A program made the position numbers and the translations under genes. A stretch of 64,000 nt of DNA from Botryllus schlosseri (taxonomy: Eukaryota), in contig CM119372.1 in assembly GCA_051294905.1 (NCBI GenBank), positions 27,468,001-27,532,000 on the forward strand. The letters run 5' to 3'. The notes under the pieces are model-generated. The model was not told the origin of the DNA. It ran no database searches and was given only the letters and a program-made list of their open reading frames with translations. Shown piece after piece: positions 1 to 12,346 of this stretch (within the stretch, counting starts at the first letter, position 1; every line of letters begins with the position of its first letter).

Positions 1-1755
1 GCTACATGTAGCTATAGTAAGCGAATGATGTTTATTCAACCAGTCAATGAAGTTGATATCACTGTCTGATGTCGAAAATCTAGCAGGCGTACGTGGTCTA
101 TCTTGATTTCATATGTTTATTGTATCATAAAAACCAAATCCGTGCGAGTGAGGTGCTGGCTACTGCTGTATAACTTGTTAATGGGGTAGTATCGGTAGCA
201 AGTATAGAAACCAGTTTACACTCAGCTCAATATCAACGTAGCAATACTCAGACGCCGAATACATTGTCCGGTCTGGCCTAGACCGTTACTCTCACGGTTA
301 TATTCCCTTGCAAGTCCTCGTCGAAATTGTTGGCAAAAAGACAGAAGACATTGATTTTATAGGATTATTATATCATTTGATTGCTCCTTTTGCTACATTT
401 GGCGATGTTTAAAAAGTCAGTATGTTCTTCAGCATTGTGACATTATGTGGCCCGTGTCGTCGCTAGGTATCGTGTACATTAATATATCACTTCACTAAAT
501 ATAGGGCTGCAATTATCATACATCATCACGTGACGTTCACGTTCACACCAGAGGTGGTCAGTAACGAAGTACTTCTACTTTTTCAATCAAGAAGATAGCC
601 TGAGAAATTTCGGGGCTGTTTTCGCGGAGTATCAACATTTAATTTCCACAAAAGTTGAGTAGCCAAGACTTTTCGTCGCGCTTCGCGCGCAGTGGATACG
701 GAGTGACCAGTATGATTTCGCGAAAGTATCGGTGGATATAATTCAGGTCGCGGGTTGGCGTGGTTCCGTTTACACCACATTGTCGCCCTTCGCCCATATG
801 AAATAATTCATCACAGCATATATGGCTCATCATAACGTTTGAAACTGATGTTTCGCAATCTAGCATTTACTTGTCATATCGTAATCTAGCATGTCCATGG
901 CGTGTCCTAATCTGGAAACTTGGACTCTGACTTTTTTTAGTTTTAGAGCTGCTTTAGCACACCACCTTTGAACCTTTCTGGACTAAAGGCATGAAATACA
1001 TGTTCCACTTTTAGAAGTAGTATTTATATTTCAGTTTTAATTCCCAGTATCATATACTTTGAGATATAATTAATATCAGTTCTTTTGTCTGGATAACATA
1101 AATGTTTAAGAATAAAAGCAAGTGTAGTAATGCCTTTAATTTCCGGAAATAAAGCTACACACTATGGCATTTTTACGGTCCACCATATTTTTTATTAACG
1201 TTTACTAATCGCGCAAAGTGTTTACACCGTATCCTATCCAACTTCTCCGTATTGCTCTTCGACTAAACTACGGGCCTTATAATATGGGGGATGGCGCCGT
1301 ACCATGCTATTTTCTGAAACGTGCTATTAGAGAAATCAGAGGATTAGTATCGCATTTCCATATCGATACTATCATGATGTGGATGAATCCATATGCTATC
1401 GAAAATTGGATACCTGTTGGTATGCATCAATATGAATCAAGCTCGTCACCTTTTGCATAGCTCAATTTGCACCTTTTTACAATCCATGTGAACGAATTAG
1501 GATCGTTTTCACAGCTACTTACTTAATTGAGTACATTTAAAGTCAGTCAATTCTACTTCTACTTCAAGTAGTTTTAAGTTGCTTATGGAAGAAGTACTTC
1601 TACTACTCGTACTTGAGTAGATTTTTTCGTCGCTGGTTCTACTTCTACTTGAGTAGCTTTCTTGACTACTTTGACCCCCTCTGGTTCACACAGAACCTTT
1701 CAAAAAGGTTCGCGTTCACAGGAACCTGAACCTTTTAGAGGTTCACACCATCCCT
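1..1755. mobile_element. MITE family A (terminus gttcacaccatccct), left end outside window, interrupted by element 549-1683
   Basis: Homologous to 45839-46840 and 47303-48261. Confidence 0.8.
549..1683. mobile_element. hAT-type non-autonomous element B with (tacttc)n subterminal repeats
   Basis: TIR cagaggtggtca..tgaccccctctg; 8-bp TSD gttcacac; second copy at 59163-60808. Confidence 0.85.
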
Positions 1756-3410
1756 CGTAATTAGAGGATTCATCGGAAAGAATGTTGGCCCGAGGTAAAT
1801 TACCACAGATTTGAAACAATCTAAATACCTACAAAGTCACGATCATTGCGCATAATAACAGTATAGTGTTGTCTATTATGGCGCATATTATTGACCATTC
1901 CATATGCTAGTGAAAACATTATCCAAAATTCATTATCCACTTGCTACTTCTAGCTCTACGAATTTCGCAACATTTCGAGTGGGCACAATATTGTTTTACA
2001 TTCTAATACCTTATGGGAATGCCCTAAGAACGCAAATGGTTTTACAAATGAGTGGGGAAACTGAGCTCAGGTGCCAATTGATTGGTTGCTACTGGGAGAT
2101 TCTGTCGGCAAATGACAACTGATATTACTGATAGGCACAAAGAAAAACGGAATTCTATAGTCGGTATGAAGCATCAAATTTTCATTCCGTGGAAGTAAAG
2201 GGACAAAAGAAACATATTTCTATGCCATATGGCATGCTTTAGATCATAGGATACAAACCTAGGCGTCGTACACCCCACCATAGGGTCGTTTATGAATTCC
2301 CTAGGGTCGCGAATGAAATAAAATACCACTGATTGCTTCAAGAATGCCAATTACGCGGCTGCTCATTTCTAAAAAAATTTGTACAAGGTATCAGATCAGT
2401 CGAGTGTCATTTTAATGCGAGACAAATATAACTTAAGAATGGCGTTTGGCCATCACTATCACAACTAAACGATCGGGTGCATAAAACCAATAGGAAAACT
2501 ACGAGTGAGTCGGCAGCGCTATGTGTTAACAGTATATGCATACAGAGTAACACACACGCTCGGCGGGGCCGAATAACTGACAGATCGTTAACTGTGTTTC
2601 GAGTGACGCGGGATTTCAATTATAGCCCCACTTGACTGCTCCGATTGGATATAGATAGAAATGGTTCCAAAAGACCTATACACTTTGTTAGAGCCCTGAT
2701 AGACGAATTTTGACGAGTTCATAATTACATAATTGCTATTATTGCGCTCATAGTTTCCATGTTACAATATATGCCGTGAGTAGGTTCGGGCGAAGGTGTT
2801 GACCATTTTAGTAATTAGCACGCTGAATTGAAAGATGGGTCACGGAGCATTTTTAAATCGAAAGTTTGGTCGCGACCATAACCTTGGTCGGGAACCCCAG
2901 CTTTAGATCATATAAGTCATCGATACGCTGCTCACGTGGTTATATCCACTCTCCCCATGACGAGAGTTTGCAAGGCATTCCAGCCGTCAGTGTTTTGTCT
3001 ATTCAAATGCTGATATATAGAGATTTTTTATATTTTTATGAAGTCTTGTGTTGCCTTAAAATGCCTCTAATTATATTCTCAGCAATAAATGTACTACTAT
3101 GCTGAAACAGCTCCTCCCAAAACTCTCAACCTGGAGCAATCATGGAGTAGTTTCATATAATTATGCGTGCTGCAAGATACAACAATATTTTTCTTTGGAC
3201 GACATTCTGTCACGGTCAAGGTTCATTTGGAAAATTTATTGTTGGCTTCTTTCAATCAGACACTTTCATATCGTCCGGGGACGGAACACCGATATTGTAT
3301 TGATGGGAACCGAGGCGTTTCGTAGCTAATAAAGTCACTTTTAAGGTTGGAGAAATCTGCTGTGAATCGTGGAAATTGCACCCAGCAAGTTCCTAGCTGC
3401 TTGTACTTAC

Positions 3411-3616
3411 ATCAGCGTACACGTTGTCAGGTCCGCATGCCCATCCCATAGCGCCGCAAATATCATTGGCAGATGCATCATCCTTGATAAGGCACTGGGG
3501 GAGCGGAGCGTACCCATCAACGAGCACATACTGCCTTTCAGCGGACCCACCGAAATGGCATGCATCTGTGTTATTCACTTGCACGTCATACGATGTAAAA
3601 ACATTGGTGGCTAATT
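3411..3616 (-). CDS. Exon 12: end of X8 #1 (ELATNVFTSY...DACHFGGSAE) and start of X8 #2 (QCLIKDDASANDICGAMGWACGPDNVYAD)
   Basis: Acceptor acttttcag|; donor GAT|GTAAGT; ACxFGGxA motif; internal similarity to exon 11. Confidence 0.88.
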
Positions 3617-4067
3617 CTGAAAAGTAAAGTCCGTACATGAGGTAATTCAGAGTCGTGCGCCCCTGCAATCTTCTGAATTGCTGGAAACTTTTGGCAGTGA
3701 TACTGATAAACAATGGAAAATACACTTTTTGCCAATATTTTAAAGTGACTAATAATTATAATTCGAAATCAAAATAAAATCGCTTTATGCTACAAGGTGT
3801 AATATACATGTATATATTGACATCCGCGAGATAGCAGGTGTCAAAACAACCATCGTTCATATTACGACCTCACATTAGTGAAGCATTTTAAATGGCGGAT
3901 CAATACTTCCCCGTGTAATTTCGTAGTAGTTGGCGGTAATGCATTTACATGTACCAAAGCATCGCCTATGAATACTTCGACCACATTGCTTACGCATCCA
4001 CAGTTTGGGAAGACTAGTTGATAAATATGAAGTCTACAAAACATAGGAATGATAAGATTGACCTCAC

Positions 4068-4245
4068 CTTTCACCCTCGAAAGTGAGCATTTTGTAGTGT
4101 TTAGACAGCAATCCAAAAGTTCACTTGTGCATTGAGATGAAACATTGGCGAACGTATTATCACCTCCACAAGTCCACAAAGCACCGCTACATACTGCAGT
4201 ATAGTCCGCATCTGCCTTAGGAGCGCACAACAACTCAGATATGTC
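4068..4245 (-). CDS. Exon 11: first X8/CBM43-like module, N-terminal half (LCAPKADADYTAVCSGALWTCGG...)
   Basis: Acceptor atctcag|; donor AAG|GTGAGG; CxxKxDAD...WxCG pattern. Confidence 0.85.
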
Positions 4246-4313
4246 CTGAGATCACATGCAAATTTAGCTGACACTCCATTTCAATAAAGTTCGAATCAAG
4301 TGGCCTATCTCAC

Positions 4314-4456
4314 TCCTAATTCGTAAACCCTGACGTAGTCCACCCACATCTCAGCATCGGAATAGTTCCACGACGTTTGAGGAGTAGGGTCGTTAACGTA
4401 ATGTCCACCGACCGCAACGTTAAGGATAAGATGAAAGTGCTGATCGAAAGGCTGAC
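4314..4456 (-). CDS. Exon 10: GH16 C-terminus (GQPFDQHFHLILNVAVGGHY...EMWVDYVRVYELG)
   Basis: PFDxxFxLILNVAVGG and MxVDYVRVY motifs; acceptor atgcag|; donor GGA|GTGAGA. Confidence 0.95.
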
Positions 4457-4574
4457 CTGCATTAATTGAAAGCATAAAGTTGTATTTTCACGGTTTGAGT
4501 TCACGACAGTGGTAATGAGAGTAGTATTCAATGAATTGCAACATATCACCGTGTTTAACGCGAATTGTCTATTA

Positions 4575-4948
4575 CAGTGGTTCCCAACGTGAACGATATC
4601 TCTCCCAGTGGGTGATTTTGAGAATCAATTGGCCGAAAATGCGAAAGGGGGAGATTTGGGGCGGTGAGAAGGTCCAGTGAGCTAAATTTAATTAACACGG
4701 CCAAAAAAAGCACGTGAAGAGGGATTATTTTGCATATGACGCGAAAGATGACTGAAAAATCAACTCAACGGAATGTAGACATGGAAAACAGTTTTCCGAG
4801 CACCTGCTTGGAAAAATGACCTTATTTTCATCAATTCCTCAGGGATCGGAGTTATGTGAATAGATTTCCCGTTTGTCGAATCTCTAAATATGGAAGGCGA
4901 AAATTTATGTGGATGTTGATCAAGGGGCGATGAGATTGGGAAGCACTG
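4575..4948. mobile_element. hAT(Charlie/Buster)-type MITE
   Basis: TIR cagtggttcccaa..ttgggaagcactg; degenerate TSD. Confidence 0.65.
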
Positions 4949-5212
4949 GCATAGTATTTCTGCGGGCGATTCTTATTTCGAAAGTGTATCATCTGTTATA
5001 GTTGCACAGTGCACTATACACGTATAGGTGGTAGATATTGAAAGACTTCGAAATTTACTTGATACTCAATTAGGTATCAGATATTCTACCTTGTAATTTA
5101 CAACTTTTACTTGCACCTCAAACATTCGAAGGCATCACACAATATTATCCAAGTCCGTTTTGACCTTTTACGGGTAGACTATATGTATTGCTGGATGAGA
5201 AACTATAGATAC

Positions 5213-5288
5213 CTTTTTCGGAATACGTCGATGATATCACTCTGTCGAGATTCTGAGTGTAGTACGGGATGCCGTCTAATCTGTAGAC
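5213..5288 (-). CDS. Exon 9: GH16 (VYRLDGIPYYTQNLDRVISSTYSEK)
   Basis: Supplies the expected xxxxDG strand; acceptor catttag|; donor AAG|GTATCT; phase 0 to 1 bridges exons 8 and 10. Confidence 0.85.
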
Positions 5289-5589
5289 CTAAATGATGAA
5301 ATAAAGATATTTGTTACTATAGTGTGTGACCTGCAGTTTACTGGCAAACAACCAGCCCGATATATTCAGTTGTTTGAAATTAGTTCCTTTGCGTATGATG
5401 CTCTGTCATGCTTTCTACTATGCCAACACAGCATATATGTCAGGGTACTCCAACTTTTTTTTACCGCGCGTCCTTTCGATTTACATGCATGAATAGCGTA
5501 TTCCTTTAAAAGAATATGATTCCAAAGTCAGTGCTAGGAGGAAATGCTATATCATTACAATGAATTTCCTCAAAGAACCCTTGCTTTGT

Positions 5590-6185
5590 ATTTTAGATCA
5601 GCGACGTGCTGCAAAGACGTGCTTCCTGCACTTCAACAAAGTAATGTAGTGTACGAATATAGGTGCCACTGTGATTGTGGCTACGTGGGAAGAACGTCAA
5701 GACGTCTGCAGGACCGCATAAACCAACATGTCCCCAGATTTATCAGAACACGTGCGTCACGCGATGTGAAAAACTGACCCTTAACTCATCCACTTAAGAT
5801 TGATGCTGATCGATCAAAGGCCATTAATTCTGCCATCGGCAAACATCTGTTGGATAATCCGATTTGTGCGGATAATTATCGAGACGACCGATTTCGAATC
5901 GTAGGGCGAGGCCGTTCACAATTCCATTTGTGTGCCTTGGAATCAACTTTTATCAAAATACACCAACCAAAACTCTGTCAACAAACGGAGTTCGTGTACC
6001 ACCTAAAAATAGTACATTGAACGCTCTCTCATTCGAAATTTCATGCTGGTGACGTCATATTTTGTGATACGATTGTTGATATACAATGTTCTTTTCAATT
6101 CTCTACTAGTTGCTGACGATTACCCCTGACGAGTGTCAGCCGAAAATATTCGGGTTCATTTCAATATGAATATACTATTTAATTG
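5590..6185 (+). mobile_element. Penelope-like retroelement 3' fragment (GIY-YIG endonuclease plus pLTR)
   Basis: NVVYEYRCHCDCGYVGRTSRRLQDRINQH, then SAIGKHL...LESTFIKIHQPKLC in another frame, followed by a hammerhead motif. Confidence 0.88.
6122..6155 (+). ncRNA. Minimal type I hammerhead ribozyme (PLE-associated)
   Basis: accc-CTGACGA-gtgtcagcc-GAAA-atat-TC-gggt; stem I accc/gggt; palindromic ATAT loop. Confidence 0.8.
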
Positions 6186-6401
6186 TAAATTACCTTCGAA
6201 TAGTATGATGTCAATTTCAAGAAGGGTCATTTTGCTGCTGTTTATCATTAGCCTGCATTGACTATTTGCACATGACAGATGGTGGTTGCACGATCATGGA
6301 GGTAAATCCGAAATAACACTTAGGGGAGCCGCGAGAGTCCGTGACGGTCCAAACTGGAGGCGCGACAACGAAGAGTTTGAGAACCACGGTTCGTTCTAGA
6401 T

Positions 6402-8406
6402 TAGGGTTGCCATACGTCCGGAATTTCCCGGACATGTCCGGAATTTCACTTGAAAATCTGCGTCCGGGAGGAATTTCAAAGATATGCCCAAAATGTCCGG
6501 AATTTTGAAGGCTTGAAGCAGGCTCAAAAGTTTTCCGTATTCAACATAAACATGTGCTATTCAAACTTCTTCTTCGCACCGCGCGCGAGTTAATGCAACG
6601 TATAATGATATTAGTATGGGCACCAGGCATCACCCTCGCCAAAAAATGCAATCATAATTAATATAGGGTTACCATATTTTGGAAATCTAAAAAGAGGACA
6701 CTTTTTCAGAAATTCGAGACTTGCGAAACCGGGGAACAATTCTCAAAAATCGGTGAATTTTTCCCACTTTGTGATCGGTTGACTAAAAAAAAAAAGGTCA
6801 AATTTTCGCTCAGAGCTCAAATCACCGTTTTTCACTCCGAAATACCCGCCGGAGCGTCACTTTTGTGCTAATTTACGGCATATCAGTCGCATTTTGCTCT
6901 AAATATGACCTAAATTTTCAAAAAAGAGGACAAAATCTCAAAAAAGAGGACAAAAGGGCGTCCTCCAAGGACACTTTCAAAAAAGTCAAAAAAGAGGACA
7001 AATTCTCTTAAAAGAGGACGTATGGTAACCCTAAATTAATATAAATAACCACCATAAAGTCTGATTGTAATCGCAATTATAAGCTAACTGTATATTCGCA
7101 GAGTTGGTTAAGGCCGGTTGGATGCTTCAGTCACAGACAGGGGTTCCAAATCTTTGGGTCGTTTGCCTTTATCTGGGGATCGCGATGACTTTGGACGTAA
7201 GCAGCTTCCTAGGCCGCGAAGAAGCTTGTTCCAGCTGCATTTTTTTAGTAATCAGATTATCAAGTTTTGAGCTTTGCCACGGAAATTTTCAAGTTGGAAA
7301 TGAGGTCGCGACCATAAAAGATTGGAAATCACCAGATGTGCAACCTGGTGGTGCATTTTATAGTAGAAGAATCGATATATTATTGACAGAATTCATACAT
7401 GAAATTTAACAGCCAAATGCATATAGTAAGTGCCCAACAAGTTACATCGACTACCCTATGGTGGGCCGAAGATCAGTGCTTTTTTTGGCGTAAGGGGGCA
7501 GAAAAAATGTTGTTTCGGACTTGATTAAAACACATAACCATATAGCCGCACTGACCTAACAAACACAATCCGGACAGGCCAGACACGGCCCGCCAGACGA
7601 TTTCATCCGACCCGCGGAGGGATCTATTGCAGACCCTATCAAGTAGCAATCACCAGAGCTCACATTACAGATGGTTCAATTCATGACCCATGTTCCACTC
7701 CATTCATGTATAGTGTATGCCAGGGGTGTCAAACATACGGCCCTCGGGCCACATCCAACCCGCCAGACGGTTTCATCCGGCCCGCGACGTGATTTCGGAA
7801 AATGGCACATTTCTAACAAATGGCGATATCGCAAATCGCGATATAATAATAATGAACAAAATTTCATGGTCTGCGTTTACGGTTAAACCACTTGTATTCC
7901 TCACAATGCATATACAGGACCATATTCCCCAGATTATGACTAAATCAAAGAAATCATAGCCATATGCTAGCATACATCGTCGGTATAACGTCGCTGTTTT
8001 AGCAGTTTATAAAATTATTCAACAGGCCAATCATCGTAATTCTGCCAATTCAATTGTTTGCTAATAAAGGTGTAGATAGAATAGAACCATATGGTCCGTG
8101 ATATACCGTAATATATTTTTATGTACATAGGCTTGATATTTGAGTATTCAAGTGAAAAACAAGGGCATAGATTTTGAGGTAACATTTTGAAACCATTTGA
8201 CTCGTCCGGCCCGCGAGTTCTCTGAAGGTTTCAGTCCGGCCCGCGACGCAAGTTGAGTTTGACACCCCTGGTGTATACAGTCGATGGGAAATGCTTTGCT
8301 AGTGTGACGTCATGTTGACAGACAATGTGTTACACCTCATTTTAAAATCCGCTAGTAGGCGCTTAAGAGTGTCCGGAATTTGCTTCACAAAAATATGGTA
8401 ACCCTA
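6402..8406. mobile_element. hAT (Blackjack-like) MITE containing nested MITEs 6664-7033 and 7721-8270
   Basis: TIR tagggttgccata..tatggtaacccta, TSD ttctagat; inner TSDs aattaata and gtgtatgc/gtgtatac. Confidence 0.85.
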
Positions 8407-8720
8407 TTCTAGATGTATCGTCGTAATATGGCTGGGCGTAAGGTCCCCTGGTCTGCAGCAATGCAGAATCAGTTTCTCATAAAATCTGTTCCACTGTTAT
8501 TATCGGTAGTCCCATACAACATGACCTGCATATCGTTTTTCACATGCAAGCAGTGAAGAATAAATTAACATTAATCAATAATATGTTAGCTCACCCCGTA
8601 ATGTAGCTAGCGTAACCCTAGGGGTATTTGTACCCCCGTTTGAAAATCGTGACATACGTGATAAAGCTTATACCTTTATAATTACCAAAATTAACCAAAT
8701 TGTTTAAATAAAACATTAAC

Positions 8721-8931
8721 CAATGCAGTTGGTGTCCAATCCAATGAATACACGTGGTATTCTCCAATCGAGCCGGATATCCTGAGATCACCACTAGACT
8801 CAAAATAGTGCTGATCGCAGCAAGGCGCGTTGCCGTAATGCATAGTGCTGGCGATGTGATCTGAGTATTCTCCCCTGGCCTCACATATATCGATCTCTCC
8901 GCTCCCAGGCCATTCACCGTAGACGGAATCT
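8721..8931 (-). CDS. Exon 8: GH16 catalytic exon (YGEWPGSGEIDICEARG...HYG...EYHVYSLDWTPTAL)
   Basis: WPxSGEIDIxE catalytic motif and YHVYSLDWTP; acceptor ttttaag|; donor TTG|GTTAAT. Confidence 0.95.
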
Positions 8932-8996
8932 CTTAAAATAAATTATTATTCCTGGAAGTGCGTGGCATATGGTGGAGATATTTGGAATCTGAGTAC

Positions 8997-9125
8997 CTGG
9001 GCAGCATCCATATCGCTGGCCAGAGCCCATATCCCACCGGAAGTTTGGCGCGAACATCAACCCGTCCGTATGTCCAGGCAAATTTTGAATTGATTCGTCC
9101 CGATGTGTAGCTCTTTCCCCCGTAA
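8997..9125 (-). CDS. Exon 7: GH16 (NYGGKSYTSGRINSKFAWTYGRVDVRAKLPVGYGLWPAIWMLP)
   Basis: YTSGRI, YGRVDVRAKLP and GLWPAIWMLP motifs; acceptor cccttcag|; donor CAG|GTACTC. Confidence 0.95.
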
Positions 9126-10167
9126 CTGAAGGGTGTCAAATACATCGTTGGTAACGATTGTTAGGCAGAAAAAGGGATATTTTTGTTAATGTTTTGCTGG
9201 TCATCATTGATGATTGTCATATATACTGACATAAACGTGTAAACGAATTTAAAGATATTGCATTAGACTTTTAAAAAATAGAACAAAATCGGCATATTCT
9301 GACATCCGTGATTGTAGATTGTTTTTATCATCATATTCTTTATTCACAGTAAAACTGGTAGATACACACATAATCCGGGGAGCAGCCTGCCCCCAAAGGA
9401 AAATGGCGAGATTGGAGTAAATTTTTAAAATTTCAGTAATACATTCAAATTGTTATTCCTATGCAATACACGGAGAAGTCAGATTACAGAATTGCAGCAG
9501 ATGAAGAATTGGCAGAGGTAGAGATGATTGAAGATGAAGAATCGAAATTACAGAAATTATGCTGTGATTCACAAGTGTAATTTTAGTCCAGTGGTGCATT
9601 CAAGGCCTTCCGAAGAATGTGCACAGTGCCCAATAATGTGATAATGTGATATGATAATGTGATTATTATTATTGCTGGAAAGTTGAGTGACGCTTTTCAC
9701 CTGTGAGGCCAGGTGCGTCACGGACTAGAATGAGCGATCGATATACCAAAATGAGGGCAAGACCCGATTTACAAGTAAGTACCACAAGATAGAACGAATT
9801 CTGCAACATGGGATAACATTTCGGGGATGATCAGTAGATTTTCGAGTGTTGCAGTGATTTTGAGCTCGCGCGCCCTGTCGAATAAAAAGTTCCGATGAAA
9901 ACCATATCGATTGCAGTGCAGCAAACAATGCTCGACTGTTTCAGGTACTGTACAATGGTCGCATACGTCGGTGTCGCTACATCCAATTTTATATAAATGC
10001 GCTTTCAGGCGGCAATAGCCTGAACGAAGCCGAAATATTAATCGTTCGTAAAGCCTATATGTCGATGCATCGATGGAAAGTGGCCATCGGTCAATGATCT
10101 ATGGAAATTTCGATAGTGACCTCCTCGCTCATTTCGTTGATATTCGGCGTTCCAGGTCGCTCTACAG

Positions 10168-11772
10168 CAGAGGTCTCAAACTCAAATGTGCTCGCGGGCC
10201 AATTTCCTATTTTGGATGGCGCCGCGGGCCGCACCAACAATAATAGGGGAATTCAATGTATTTCAAAGTAGGCCTTACTTCCGGGTTTCGAGCATAGGTC
10301 TACTCCTGAAAACTAGGCTATATTGACATGTCATTACGGAAGTCATATAGAATCAGCGTTTGATTTTACCTTCGAATGTTGGAACAGATTAATAACAACT
10401 TGAACATAGTGGATTTGTGCAATAACAATAGAAATGTGCAATCGCTGAAGAATCCGTTGGTGTTACAACTGTGAAGCGTAGGCTACGACTAGTTAATACT
10501 CACCACATTAAATTGGCGACAATAACATATTTAAAGATACCCAAGATGACACGGAATGTAACCAACTATACATCAAAGGGGCAACATAATGCCAATGTCG
10601 GTTGCCATACCTACATGCTTAGATATCTAAATAAGCTACGCAACGCAAGCTACGACCTTTTGATATTTTACTATTTCTCCTACCAGTTTGATACTTTGTT
10701 CATAGTGTCCTATATGGTGAGGACACAAGCAAATCTCACGGCTCAGTGAAATTGGTCTTTGTCACACTTTCCATTTGGTCCAAGGCAATTCGACGGTAAT
10801 TTTTGAGCGTCTTGTCCTGCATTAACCTAAATTTGATAAAGCGGGTATCAATGGAAAGCTACCACGGTACTGATTGCGAAAATATAAATTTTATTCTGTT
10901 CGTGGCCCTGGAACTCGCCAAAATAAGCCTCAAATGTTGCATTGTGAGTGAGTTTGGTATTGTGACGCAACCATGCCGTCTGAGCAGCTCAGGAGCGAGA
11001 GTGAGAGTTCTCAATCGGTTGCGTAACAATGGCCAATACGCTTGCAGCTTGCGGTGCTCCTCGCCTGCTCCCAGACGTCATTTCTGCATCACAATACCAA
11101 ACTCACATACAATACAACATTCGAGGCTTATTTTGGGGAGTTCCAGGACCACGAACAGAATAAATTTATGTTTTCGCAATCAGTACCGCGGTAGCTTTCG
11201 ATTGATACCCGTTTTATAAAATTTAGGCTAATGCAGGACAAGCCGGACTAAAATTACCGTCAAATTCCCTTCGACCAAATGGAAAGTGTGACGTACACCA
11301 ATTTCCCTGAGCCGTGAGATTTGCTTGTGTCCACACCATATAGGACACCATGGTTTGTTGCGTGCGTGGTTGTACCTAGTCACGGCATTCCGAGTCACAA
11401 AAGTCCTTCTCTGATTGTAGCGTTTGACGTGACGAGTACGAGTACGAGTAATTCTACAGAGGGTCGCGCCCAAGTCTAAATCACAATTTTCAGTCACGAA
11501 TAATCAACGGGTCATGTTTTACCATATTAAACAAGTAATGTCACGCAATAGTTGATCTTCCACTGAGTGGTAACTTTTGAAAGTGATGTATATTGGTGAA
11601 GTTTGATGAGTAGTTTCAGGCTTCTGGAGTAGTTTTAGAGCGAATTTCAAGTTTTCAAAAATTGGTAGCAAAATATTGTCGAATACTTCGAAATCCAAAA
11701 TGCCGTCGCGGGCCGCACAAAATGGTCTCGCGGGCCGCATGCGGCCCGCGGGCCGCGTGTTTGAGACCTCTG
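10168..11772. mobile_element. hAT-type MITE inserted in the LINE
   Basis: TIR cagaggtctcaaac..gtttgagacctctg; TSD ctctacag; related copy from 61775. Confidence 0.88.
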
Positions 11773-12346
11773 CTCTACAGTATTGACGTACTTTGGCTTT
11801 CGCCTCAGCGTGGCTAATTTCGTCTGGAAGCGTCTGAGAAGGGATATTTTCAATATCGGTCCTGGCAGCTTGCCAAGCCAATTTATCGGCTAACTCATTA
11901 ACACCGATATAAGCATGCCCGGTTACCCAGGCCAGGACAACAATGGCACCTTTCTGAACCGCTTGATTCAGCAAGCGACCACATTCAAATACAACGTTCT
12001 GCGTTTGCTGTGCCTGCAAGTTGGTCATAGCGGATAGTACGCTCAGGCTGTCCGAGAGAATCAGATGTGTTTGATGGTATGAGCCATTCTGGCAGATCCA
12101 TTTTAGAGCGTGGAGAATGGCTTGTGCTTCTATGGAGAATATTGACTTTAGGGCGGAACTTGGCTGGGAAAAGTTTATCATCAGCAACGGGATGGTAAAA
12201 TGCAAAACCGGCTCCCTCTGCTGATTTAGAGCCGTCAGTGTATATTTCAGTGGCATCGTTGTATCGTTCGAATATGAAGTCCAGGACTATGGGTTTATGT
12301 GACAGAGGTGTGGTATCTTTTTTAATGATTCTTGCAAGGTCTAAAT

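Noticed and set aside
639..866. Similar ORFs at 639-866 and 60368-60574 as paralogous genes
   Set aside because: Both lie in copies of the same non-coding MITE (element B)
2936..3009. Open phase-0 exon candidate HLNRQNTDGWNALQTLVMGRVDIT (cag|..|GTGAGC) as exon 13
   Set aside because: It lacks the Cys pattern needed to complete X8 #2; the true next exon may lie left of the window
8410..8680. Exon candidates just downstream of the catalytic exon
   Set aside because: Stops in the required phase; exon 5213-5288 already supplies the expected GH16 segment
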